A program made the translations under genes and the position numbers. A stretch of DNA of 64,000 nucleotides from Paraspadella gotoi (Eukaryota > Animalia > Chaetognatha): assembly GCA_051294375.1 (NCBI GenBank), contig CM119266.1:20438780-20502779 (forward strand), read 5' to 3'. The notes beneath the pieces were generated by a model. It did no database searches, was not told where the DNA came from, and worked only from the letters and a program-made list of their open reading frames with translations. Positions 48,313-61,642 of the stretch are shown one piece after another (within the stretch, counting starts at the first letter, position 1; every line of letters begins with the position of its first letter).

Positions 48313-51300
48313 TCGCACGCGCTCGCGTTCTGCACGGGCGGGGCACCCGCGACGGACCGATCGTCCGGGGAGAAGGTAATAAGCTCCATGAAGGAGTTTT
48401 TCTTTCCGGCGCGCGCTCGTGTCTTCTTTCCTTTCACCCAACGCGGGCGCGCCCACTTCTCCAACAGCCCGGCGCCGGGACGCGAGGCGGAGGCGTTCGT
48501 GGGCGACGAGGACGGCTTGGGGCGACGCCGAGAGAGATCGGCATCGCCAGAGACTAGGACTGCGAATGAGATTTTTTAAAGATTTTAAGATTTTAAGATT
48601 TTTTTGAAAACCTATTTTATCGTCTATTTTTATCTAAAGATTTCTTTCTTTCTTTTTTTCTTCTCTTTTCTTTTATTCGCTTTTCTTTTCCTCTCTTTTA
48701 TTTTTCTTCTCTTTTTCTTCTCTTTTACCTCGCTTTCATTCCATCGTTCCTCTCCAACTTTTCTCACTTCTTCTCACTCAACCAATCCAAGACTCACTTT
48801 CTAAATCTGGATCACTCCCCCCAACCACTCGCCTCTCCCTCTCACAAAACCGACGCTTCACAGTCTCTCTCTCCATTGGTCAGTCAGTCATTCCTCTCAC
48901 CCTTCTCCCATCAGCCCCCCCTGCTCNNNNNNNNNNNNNNNNNNNNNNNNNNNNNNNNNNNNNNNNNNNNNNNNNNNNNNNNNNNNNNNNNNNNNNNNNN
49001 NNNNNNNNNNNNNNNNNNNNNNNNNNNNNNNNNNNNNNNNNNNNNNNNNNNNNNNNNNNNNNNNNNNNNNNNNNNNNNNNNNNNNNNNNNNNNNNNNNNN
49101 NNNNNNNNNNNNNNNNNNNNNNNNNNNNNNNNNNNNNNNNNNNNNNNNNNNNNNNNNNNNNNNNNNNNNNNNNNNNNNNNNNNNNNNNNNNNNNNNNNNN
49201 NNNNNNNNNNNNNNNNNNNNNNNNNNNNNNNNNNNNNNNNNNNNNNNNNNNNNNNNNNNNNNNNNNNNNNNNNNNNNNNNNNNNNNNNNNNNNNNNNNNN
49301 NNNNNNNNNNNNNNNNNNNNNNNNNNNNNNNNNNNNNNNNNNNNNNNNNNNNNNNNNNNNNNNNNNNNNNNNNNNNNNNNNNNNNNNNNNNNNNNNNNNN
49401 NNNNNNNNNNNNNNNNNNNNNNNNNNNNNNNNNNNNNNNNNNNNNNNNNNNNNNNNNNNNNNNNNNNNNNNNNNNNNNNNNNNNNNNNNNNNNNNNNNNN
49501 NNNNNNNNNNNNNNNNNNNNNNNNNNNNNNNNNNNNNNNNNNNNNNNNNNNNNNNNNNNNNNNNNNNNNNNNNNNNNNNNNNNNNNNNNNNNNNNNNNNN
49601 NNNNNNNNNNNNNNNNNNNNNNNNNNNNNNNNNNNNNNNNNNNNNNNNNNNNNNNNNNNNNNNNNNNNNNNNNNNNNNNNNNNNNNNNNNNNNNNNNNNN
49701 NNNNNNNNNNNNNNNNNNNNNNNNNNNNNNNNNNNNNNNNNNNNNNNNNNNNNNNNNNNNNNNNNNNNNNNNNNNNNNNNNNNNNNNNNNNNNNNNNNNN
49801 NNNNNNNNNNNNNNNNNNNNNNNNNNNNNNNNNNNNNNNNNNNNNNNNNNNNNNNNNNNNNNNNNNNNNNNNNNNNNNNNNNNNNNNNNNNNNNNNNCGG
49901 CGGCGGCTGCGGGCGACGGCGGCGGCCGCTGCGGGCAGCGGCTGGCGGCGGAGGCGTGACGGCGCGAGAGTCAAGCGGCGAGGAAGCTTTTGTGTTCGTC
50001 GAATAAAGAAAACCCGGCGACCGTGGAGTTCGACGCGTTGTCATGGAAACAGAGTCCCGAGGGGATGAATCGGAAACAAAAGACAAAAGACGTCGAAAGA
50101 GTTCACCGCCGCAAATGGGAGGAAAGGAGAAGAGGGGGAAAAAAGGGAAGAAGGGAGGAAAGGGAGGAAAGGGGAAAAAATTGATGAGTNNNNNNNNNNN
50201 NNNNNNNNNNNNNNNNNNNNNNNNNNNNNNNNNNNNNNNNNNNNNNNNNNNNNNNNNNNNNNNNNNNNNNNNNNNNNNNNNNNNNNNNNNNNNNNNNNNN
50301 NNNNNNNNNNNNNNNNNNNNNNNNNNNNNNNNNNNNNNNNNNNNNNNNNNNNNNNNNNNNNNNNNNNNNNNNNNNNNNNNNNNNNAAGGAAAGGAAGGAA
50401 GGGAGGAAAGGAAAGGAAGCGTAAGGAAGGCGGGATTCGAACGGAAGGACCGAGCGGCGGAAAGTTTGCTAAGAGATGAAGTTCCCTATTCAATCCAAAC
50501 TCTCTNNNNNNNNNNNNNNNNNNNNNNNNNNNNNNNNNNNNNNNNNNNNNNNNNNNNNNNNNNNNNNNNNNNNNNNNNNNNNNNNNNNNNNNNNNNNNNN
50601 NNNNNNNNNNNNNNNNNNNNNNNNNNNNNNNNNNNNNNNNNNNNNNNNNNNNNNNNNNNNNNNNNNNNNNNNNNNNNNNNNNNNNNNNNNNNNNNNNNNN
50701 NNNNNNNNNNNNNNNNNNNNNNGAGAGAGAGAGAGAAAGCGGAGAGAAAAGACAACAAGGACCGAGAGTGTCGAAAGAGGAGAAGGAAAAAACTATTACT
50801 CTTCGCGCGACAGCCTTCCCCCCTCTTTAAACGGTTGCTAGGCGAAGGATAAACAACGACATCTCGAATCCATCCCGAGGCAACGGAGACAATTGAGCAT
50901 CGAAGGAGAGAGGAAAAAGAAGGGATAAGNNNNNNNNNNNNNNNNNNNNNNNNNNNNNNNNNNNNNNNNNNNNNNNNNNNNNNNNNNNNNNNNNNNNNNN
51001 NNNNNNNNNNNNNNNNNNNNNNNNNNNNNNNNNNNNNNNNNNNNNNNNNNNNNNNNNNNNNNNNNNNNNNNNNNNNNNNNNNNNNNNNNNNNNNNNNNNN
51101 NNNNNNNNNNNNNNNNNNNNNNNNNNNNNNNNNNNNNNNNNNNNNNNNNNNNNNNNNNNNNNNNNNNNNNNNNNNNNNNCGCAGCCCCCGCCTCTTCGCC
51201 TCCGCTTTTCATTCCGCCTCTACCGAATGTAAATCCTTCGCCCACATTGTCGGGCCACCGAAAACACATTCCACGATTATGGGACCGGAAAACACTTCGA

Positions 51301-51854
51301 TGGGAAGCCTTTGAGACCGCCAACGCCGCCAGCGCCGCGTCGCCGACGCCACGGCGTTCTTGGCGCGGAACAACATATTTGTTTGTGAACCGATTCCAAT
51401 GAAATATGGTGAGCGCAGGAAAGTTAGCGAGTTACTTCTACTCAAAATCTCATCAAAATCCGAGGAGCGATTCTTTTGTTATTCAGGAAAGGTTCGCCCC
51501 GCGGTTGAAATTCTTCAGGGCCGGCGGATTGTCAATTTTAAAAACCCAGTCCTACGGTGCTGGCGCCTTGCGGGGCCAAAAGGGCGCATCATCATCGCAA
51601 TATATATCACGGTGAGGGGGAGCGAGGCTGGCAGCGCATACTTCTCTATCGTCAGATAGAATCAATTCACTCGTAGTAATAATAATAATAATAATGTAGA
51701 TTCGAACCAAGGATGAATCAGCCACGTTCGGTGACTCAGCCAATGTCCAACCTTGGCAGTTAGAAATATTATTCTCACAGATATTATTTAAAGTTACACA
51801 TATTATTTATTTTACCTTTTGTTTTACAAGACAAAAGATAGAATCAATTCACTC

Positions 51855-51968
<114 letters not shown>

Positions 51969-52225
51969 GAGTAAAAAAATTAGGAACAATAATATTGATA
52001 TTTATCGGTTGAGAAATCTCAAAAATATCAGTGCTCTTTCGTGATCTCCGGGTCTCCGTTCTCTGTCTAGTAGTGTCGACGAAGCTCCGCCTCTTCTTAA
52101 ACTCCGGCCATTTTTACGTCATCTTTAATCGCCTTTTTGTCGTCGTCGTCGTCTTCGTCGTCGTTTTCATCGCCGTAATCGTCGTACACCTCGTCGTCGT
52201 CTTTATCGTCTACATCGGTGGCAGT

Positions 52226-52263
<38 letters not shown>

Positions 52264-52925
52264 GGTCGACATTAAATCATCTTCCGTTTAAGCATTACAA
52301 CCATAAACCGGCTAATAGAAGGACGGAGGGGCCCGAGGGCATTCAGGGATGTTTAATGTTTCTTCGGCCCGGCTGAGGATAAATTTCGTCCGAGCAGATA
52401 AATCGATTAAAAAAGGAAAGCGGGGAAAAAGCAAAGATATTCCTCGCGCGTGGGGTTGTCAAAACACTTTATTACGCATTAGCCTATTTCAATAAAGAGG
52501 GTGACCTTTTTCTTACGACAACAAATATGCGTGGAACGTTAGAAATTTCGGCCTGTTTATTATTATTGCTGTTTTAATCCGGTAAATACTGGATGGTTCG
52601 TCGATATGATTCATAATTTAAAATTTTAAATATAGTTTCTAACGTACATTTGTGTATGTGATATTCACAAATTTTGTTTTATAAATAACTGAAGCAGTGA
52701 CGTGAGAAGTCATTGCGTGGTCCAATCAGAGGACTTAAGCTGTAAGTCAAAGTCCGTGGTATTAAAAGAAGGATTCAAGGAAAGACCACACAGATACATC
52801 AGATAAAAAAGTGTTTTCACTGTAAAGTTTTCACGCTAAGCCGATTTCGTATTTTTCGCTCACGCGAAATCAAAGAAAATCGAAGTTGATGTGAAGGAAG
52901 ATGATATTCGGTTTCGCGATTGAAT

Positions 52926-52971
<46 letters not shown>

Positions 52972-54223
52972 TGGGGGATGAACCGAAGAAAAAGGAGACT
53001 CGTAGGCGGGTGGTTCACAGGCTGGGACGAAACGGGGCAAAAAGTCAAGGCTGCGAGAGAATAACGGGGAGGAAAGGAAAGAGAGGAAGGGAGAGAGTGA
53101 GAGGAAAGGAGAGGGAGGAAGGGAGAGAGTGAGAGGAAAGGAGCGGGAAGAAGAGAGAGAACGAGAGACAAGGCAAGAAAGAAGAGATGGAGAGAGAGTT
53201 GTGTCGCTTTGACACGGCAGCGAGGAACAGATGAACGGAATATCATTAACGCGGTACCTTCAGAGACTCACAGTTTGTGTGTCGCTTTTAACTCAAGCAA
53301 CGCAGAGAATTTGTGATGTGATGTTGCCGTCTATTTATTTGAGATAAAAGTTTTCTGTTTTTGCTTACCACTCACTGCCAAGACTATTGTTTCTGATACC
53401 TCGGCTTCACCAGAGTAATTTCATTATCACATTCTCTTCACTGATTCTCGTTTCTTTTCTTATCCCCCAACCGATTGCATTATATAGTCCACTGCAAATA
53501 TCTCTACCCTGACATTCACACTCAGCCACTCGCACAAGCACTCTCACAACCACACTCAGCCACACTCTTCCTTCGCCTGTCATCGTCTGCTAAAGTTTTC
53601 CGTCTGCGTCAACGTCTCTGAGGCAGACACTTTTCTTCACGCTCGACTTCAACCGTTTTCAACTTAAAAAAAAACAAAACGAAACATAATAAGAACAAAA
53701 CACGAAATACGGAATATTAAATGCGTCGTTTCTGACGTCCGTGGCTCTCTGCTTCAACATTGACGCTAATATTGTTCGAAATAAAAATTATCTCTTTTTA
53801 TATTTAATCAGAAAAACTTGAAATCGGAAAAAAACTAATTATCCGCCCACGAGTTGAGAGAATCAGAGATATTTTTTTCTTTAATGGAATAAGGACAATT
53901 GAAAGAAAAGATAAGAAAAAAATATAAGAGATAGGAAGATACAAAAAAAAAGAGAAGAGTAGAAAAGAAAAGAAAATGTTGACTTTGCAACGTACCCTGT
54001 GACCAAAGTAAGTTAGGTCAACTTTTAGCAAAGAGCGAAACCACATTATGTAAGGCGAAGATGAGGTTTTGAGCATTAAATTATCAAATATATCCAATTT
54101 AGTTTCCAGTTTAGTTTTGACGGTTTTTTTTCCTTAAAATTTTTCATCTTTTGACTCAAAAATTTTTTGTTCGACTGAATTTGTTTACTTCCGCCTTCCG
54201 TAGGATTCACCATAAAACGCGTT

Positions 54224-54258
<35 letters not shown>

Positions 54259-55506
54259 TATCGTCGTTATCATTAAGTTTTTTTTTTCCCCCGCCGAATC
54301 CCCCGCCTCGTCTCGTCACGAGAGACATTAACCACCCCGGCGCTGCGTCGCCGCGTCGCCGTCGGGTCTGCACCGCACGTCACTCCTGTTCTTCACTGTT
54401 AACACTCCCCCCTCCTCCCGCCCCCCTCGCCACGGAGCCTTTTTTCCCGCGCTACCGGCGCCAGTCTTTCCTTCCTGTTTTTCAACAACATAATCAGCGT
54501 CGCGGTTCTCGCATTAAAAAAACCAAATTTATTGACGTCATCGCCTGAGAATCCGAAGGAAAGACGGCGGCGGTGGCGAAGGTGGGAGGGGTGGGGGTGG
54601 AGGAGTGGGAAATGTGGACGGTTCGTTGTGGACGTTCGATGCAGAGGATTGTGGATTCCGCATGTTGACTGGAGTAGACTGAAAACGGTAGCCCTGGACG
54701 CCGAATAGTGAATGGCAGTTATCGGATGGTTAGGGAAAAGGCAAGTTGGTAGTGGATGGTAGATGGCAGATGGCATGCGGCAGGTGGCGCGGGGGATTAT
54801 GACCCCGACGCTGGTGGCGAATGCGACCGAGATTAAATTTTGTTTTGATGGCGCCGCCGTCGAAGCCTCGTTCCGAAATGGCGTCAGTGACAAAAGCCCC
54901 CCCGGGCGCTGTCGGAAAATGTTAGCGATAAGCCTTACGTGTTTCCATATAAAAGAAAAAGAAAAAAAAAAAAAAAACTCGGATCGTGTAAATTCGTTTT
55001 AAACCAGGATGTCAAAAGTATTTACGCGGAATGTATAAAGGGAGAGGCGAGTATGGACGGAGTTTAGAAAGGCGGAGGGGGGCGGGAAAGTTGAGGAGCT
55101 TCGGAGATAAGAGAAAGGTAAAAGGAGGCGGGGAAAGAAAGAAAGGGAAGATAGAGAAGGAGAGAAACCGCGCGGCGAGAGTAAAAAAGATTCGGTAATA
55201 AATCGTTTCTTCGAACGAGTTGGAACGGAAGCCAGACATACACATGAAGAAAAAAAAAGAATGAAAAAAAAAGAAAAGGAAAGAAAGCACCGAACGGCTA
55301 AAAGCCCTACATGTATATACATTACAAACTTCATATTTACATTTTGTATGACCAACGGCGAAACGGGCTCCAGTCTTCAACCCCGCAGTCCCCAAAAGCC
55401 CATTTGCCGAAAGAAATTCCTCGTTCGCTCTTTTGAAAATCGGTCTCTCTCGCCCGAAGCACCTTCCTCGTAATAAACCCTTTATAACAAAAGGCGCGCT
55501 CTTTTT

Positions 55507-56398
<892 letters not shown>

Positions 56399-56584
56399 GG
56401 CTATGGGAGGGGCGGCGAAGGACGAGGCTTTCATTTTTTTTCACTCGGAACAAGATTTCTCGTCGAGTCTGGCGCGAGAAACGATTATTCAAATATTTTT
56501 AGAGGCTTCACTCGACTATCGTTAGCGACGATCCAAAAAAGAAACAACAACTCGCCTTTATTTTTTTGGTTACATAATGATAGT

Positions 56585-56839
56585 GGCTCTGTTTTCAATA
56601 GCGCTCCAATTCTGTTCTTAATCCGAACTCTTAATTTTAACCCTTGTATCTAATACTCATCGTTCAAATAACTAACCTAACTCTTAACCATAACCCTAAT
56701 TCCCAAACCTCATTCCCTAACCCTTATCATTAACCAAATCCTTAATATTATCCTTAACGCTTACTTAATTTTTAAAAAAGTAATGAATTTGAACGTTACG
56801 AATTTAATATTTAATGGGGCGCCTTTGCAAAATAGGGCC
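56585..56839. mobile_element. MITE-like element with imperfect ~24-bp terminal inverted repeats and a degenerate TAACCC-rich core (second copy 57591-57845)
   Basis: In the second copy, left end ggctctgttttccaatagcgctcc vs reverse complement of right end ggccctattttgcaaaggcgcccc matches 18/24. Core ctaacctaactcttaaccataaccctaa...ccctaaccctt. No clear target-site duplication. Confidence 0.4.
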
Positions 56840-57180
56840 GAATTGGTTACTTGGAGAATTGCGAAATAAATAATTGACGCTTGCTTAATTCCAATTAGTT
56901 ATATATCTCGTTTGTTTTTGTGTTTGGCTTCTCTTCTCTTCCTCCCAAGTTGAGCTCAGAATGGATAAAGGGGTTCGTATCTCGCATTCGCTTCGCATCC
57001 TCGAGGGAATTCGTTATCCTCTTCCAATTAGGGCCAGACAGACAGACATCTGGCCGGGGCCCGTCGGTCCGTCCGTCGTCCGTCGGGGATTTTTAAACTT
57101 GTTATGGTCTCTCAATAAGGGAGAAGCAGGGATCGTGCTTCGTTCAGAGGTTGAGGCCAAATTTTAAGTAGTTTAATTTC

Positions 57181-57320
<140 letters not shown>

Positions 57321-58201
57321 GGAATTCCATTTTTTTAAATATTGAACTTATGGTTCCCTTTTTAGAANNNNNNNNNNNNNNNNNNNNNNNNNCTCTCTCT
57401 CTGGGCTATGGGAGGGGCGGCGAAGGACGAGGCTTTCATTTTTTTTCACTCGGAACAAGATTTCTCGTCGAGTCTGGCGAGAGAGCGATTATTCAAATAT
57501 TTTTAGAGGCTTCAACTCGACTATCGTTAGCGACGATCCAAAAAAGAAACAACAACTCGCCCTTTATTTTTTTGGTTACATAATGATAGTGGCTCTGTTT
57601 TCCAATAGCGCTCCAATTCTGTTCTTAATCCGAACTCTTAATTTTAACCCTTGTATCTAATACTCATCGTTCAAATAACTAACCTAACTCTTAACCGTAA
57701 CCCTAATCCCAAACCTCATTCCCTAACCCTTATCATTAACCAAATCCTTAATATTATCCTTAACGCTTACTTAATTTTTAAAAAGTAATGAATTTGAACG
57801 TTACGAATTTAATATTTAATGGGGGCGCCTTTGCAAAATAGGGCCGAATTGGTTACTTGGAGAATTGCGAAATAAATAATTGACGCTTGCTTAATTCCAA
57901 TTAGTTATATATCTCGTTTGTTTTTGTGTTTGGCTTCTCTTCTCTTCCTCCCAAGTTGAGCTCAGAATGGATAAAGGGGTTCGTATCTCGCATTCGCTTC
58001 GCATCCTCGAGGGAATTCGTTATCCTCTTCCAATTAGGGCCAGACAGACAGACATCTGGCCGGGGCCCGTCGGTCCGTCCGTCCGTCCGTCGGGGGATTT
58101 TTAAACTTGTTATGGTCTCTCAATAAGGGAGAAGCAGGGATCGTGCTTCGTTCAGAGGTTGAGGCCAAATTTTAAGTAGTTTAATTCCTTATTTATTATT
58201 A

Positions 58202-58276
<75 letters not shown>

Positions 58277-58516
58277 GGAATTCCATTTTTTAAATATTGA
58301 ACTTATGGTTCCCTTTTTTGAAAAGGTGGCGGGAATGGATGTTTTGATCGAAACCATTTGCTGTACGGTCGGCGTCTGCCAGTCAAAATCTGTCTCTCCT
58401 TCTCTCCATCCCTCATTTTTTCTTATCCATCTCGTAGATAAGAAGAAGCTACAAAAAGTATGAGAGCACTTGCAGCCACAAGCCACATGGAAGACGGGTA
58501 AAAGGCAACACTTTAT

Positions 58517-58617
<101 letters not shown>

Positions 58618-58801
58618 AGTAAATTCCACAAATGATTAAACTCATCAAGGACGAAATATAAATCTGAGAAAAGTAATAAATCCCTCGGAAACAAATTAAA
58701 CGCGAGAAAAAACAAATACTCAAAAATAATAATTGGAAAGAAAGAATTCCCCAGACAACCGAATGAAATTATGGTTTCTCTGCCTATCTCTTTTCATATT
58801 T

Positions 58802-58872
<71 letters not shown>

Positions 58873-58992
58873 ATCGGTTCTGGCATGATCTCATTTGAGT
58901 TTTTTTTCTCCTGTTATTTGTTTTCCCTCGTGGCCTCTTGATCGCGCGGTTATCTTCGTAACGAGTGGAAACACTCTTTCCTTTCTAGCGAG

Positions 58993-59094
58993 CTGCTCTT
59001 TTCTGCTCTTTTCTGTTTTTTCCTGCTCTTTTTTGTTCTTTTCTGCTCCTTTATACGCTTTTCTGCTCTTTTCCGTTCTTTTCTGCTCATTTCT
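58993..59094. repeat. 10-bp degenerate tandem repeat (TTCTGCTCTT)x~10
   Basis: ttctgctctt ttctgttttt tcctgctctt ttttgttctt ttctgctcct ... Confidence 0.85.
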
Positions 59095-59566
59095 ACAGTT
59101 CACAGTTCTCTGACTCTCGCCTTTTTTATAACCTCCTTCTGTTCTGCTCAGTATGGGATCCACTACTCTCTTATCTTCGACTCCGTCTCCCTCTCCCTCA
59201 CTCCCCTCCTCCTCCCTCACTCCCACTCCTCCTCCCTCTCTTCCTCTCTCCACCCTTCTCCCTCGATCCCTTAATTGATCATTTTGAGAAGAGCGAGTCT
59301 TTCGTCTGGCGAGTTGTTTACTCGCTCTGGCTTTTTTAGACGAAGGGGCGGAGACGCCGACTCGATATATATGGTGTAGGAGCAAAGTTCCTTTCCTCCT
59401 TTCCTCCTTTTCTCCTTTCCTCCCGGTATTTTCTCCTCTTTTCTCGTCTCTTTCCTCGTCTCCCTTTTTATTCATTTTCCTCGAAAAATTATTCTTATTC
59501 CATTTTAGGACTTTTTGTATGTATACCCGTCAAGTTTAAAAAAAAATTCAAGTCTCTTAAATACAT

Positions 59567-59602
<36 letters not shown>

Positions 59603-60289
59603 NNNNNNNNNNNNNNNNNNNNNNNNNNNNNNNNNNNNNNNNNNNNNNNNNNNNNNNNNNNNNNNNNNNNNNNNNNNNNNNNNNNNNNNNNNNNNNNNNN
59701 NNNNNNNNNNNNNNNNNNNNNNNNTCTCTCTAATTGCCCCTTCGCCGTATTCAAGTGCCTTTTTACATTTTGTTTCTATATTTATCCTCTCAACGTCTTT
59801 CCCGCCCTCTTTCGCCACATATCGCCACCTTGCGGTGAGAAGGCACGGAATTAACCTTTTCTCCTCTAACGGTCAAAAAGGTTTCGCCCTCTTCCTTCCG
59901 CCCCCCTCTCCCTCTCCTGGCTTTCTCACCGCTTAATGACAGTGTCGGGGGGGAGAGGCTCATTTCCCCCCTTTCCCCAGTTTTATCACTTTCAAGTCAG
60001 CGCTAAGTAGTCCTACCCATTTTTTCTCTCTTTTTTTCTTTCTCTCTCTTTCCGCGAGATTTTTTTTTGGTCAGCGAGTCGCTAAGGAGTCGGGGGGCGG
60101 GAAGCGAGGTGAAACCCCTTCAACTCTCCTTGACAAGTCGCGGAATAATTTTCCTCAAAGTCGAAACTAGAAACTCGACCAACGGAAGAGGCGCTGGTGA
60201 TCGGCGATCGCCTCATTGGTCGTCGATCCGTACGAAAAAGGAAATGGAAAGAAAAGATGGAAAGCGATTCATAGATTCAGTAGCGAAGA

Positions 60290-60990
60290 GATCGAGACTC
60301 TCAGATTCATGTGGATCGAGTCTGTCAGATTTATGTGGATCGAGTCTCTCAGATTCATAAGGATCGAGTCTCTCAGATTCATGTGGCTTGAAACTCTCAG
60401 ATTCATGTGGATCGAGTCTGTCAGATTCATGTGGATCGAGTCTGTCAGATTCATGTGGATTGAGTCTCTCAGATTCATGTGGATCGAATCTCTCAGATTC
60501 ATTTGGCTGGAGACTTTCAGATTCATGTGGATCGAGTCTCTCANNNNNNNNNNNNNNNNNNNNNNNNNNNNNNNNNNNNNNNNNNNNNNNNNNNNNNNNN
60601 NNNNNNNNNNNNNNNNNNNNNNNNNNNNNNNNNNNNNNNNNNNNNNNNNNNNNNNNNNNNNNNNNNNNNNNNNNNNNNNNNNNNNNNNNNNNNNNNNNNN
60701 NNNNNNNNNNNNNNNNNNNNNNNNNNNNNNNNNNNNNNNNNNNNNNNNNNNNNNNNNNNNNNNNNNNNNNNNNNTCTCAGATTCATGTGGATTGAGTCTC
60801 TCAGATTCATGTGGTTCGAGACTCTCAGATTTATGTGGATAGAGTCTCCCAGATTCATGAAGATCAAGTCTCTCAGATTCATGTGGTTCGAGACTCTCAG
60901 ATTCATGTGGCTCGCGACTCTCAGATTCATGTAGATCGAGTCTCTCAGATTCATGTGGTTCGAGACTCTCAGATTCATGTGGATCGAGTC
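60290..60990. repeat. 24-bp minisatellite (GATCGAGTCTCTCAGATTCATGTG), ~19 visible units around a 231-N gap
   Basis: Head-to-tail units with substitution variants and no spacers; gives the periodic ORFs MWIESLRF / MNLRDSIH / HESERLDP. Confidence 0.95.
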
Positions 60991-61221
60991 GATTCATGAT
61001 TCCTCCGGATCGTCCTCTCCTCTCAACCTCTTTATTTTCTCTCTCCCGTTGTATCGTTTATATTTACCAACAAGTTTAATATTTATTCACTTCCTTTGTT
61101 TGTTCTTTGATATATTTATTTCCAGCCTGATACTCATATTCCTGTCTCACATTTCTCGTTCGATCACTCACGCCTTAATTCCTCCCCTCCAGTTTTGATC
61201 GACGCCATTTTGAAATTTCTC

Positions 61222-61323
61222 TTAATTCTCTTCTTCCTTCCTTATTATCTTATCTCCTTTTTTTTTCCCTTTCAATCCTCATTTTAATTCTCTTCTTCCT
61301 TCCTTATTATCTTATCTCCTTTT
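61222..61323. repeat. Two copies of a ~40-bp pyrimidine-rich unit, period ~62 bp
   Basis: ttaattctcttcttccttccttattatcttatctcctttt at ~61222 and ~61284. Confidence 0.85.
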
Positions 61324-61606
61324 ATTTCCTTTCCTCCCTTTTCCTCCCTCTTTTCCATCCGATCCTTTTTATTTATTCCTCCTCTTCACTCGAGCCCACG
61401 ATTCCTCCTTCTCCCCCTCCTCAGTCTCTCCCCCCCCNNNNNNNNNNNNNNNNNNNNNNNNNNNNNNNNNNNNNNNNNNNNNNNNNNNNNNNNNNNNNNN
61501 NNNNNNNNNNNNNNNNNNNNNNNNNNNNNNNNNNNNNNNNNNNNNNNNNNNNNNNNNNNNNNNNNNNNNNNNNNNNNNNNNNNNNNNNNNNNNNNNNNNN
61601 NNNNNN

Positions 61607-61642
<36 letters not shown>

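Noticed and set aside
48876-50852. Longest ORFs in the track (up to 391 aa)
   Set aside because: They are open only because they run through N gaps.
54399-54893. 164-aa minus-strand ORF in a GC-rich patch
   Set aside because: No recognisable domain, no convincing splice signals, and a length compatible with chance in GC-rich DNA.
56660-56760. Telomere or interstitial telomeric array
   Set aside because: The hexamers are highly degenerate, short and enclosed by inverted repeats; better explained as the core of a small element.
60290-60990. CRISPR-like array (24-bp partly dyad repeat)
   Set aside because: Units are head-to-tail with no unique spacers, there are no cas genes, and the context is eukaryotic.
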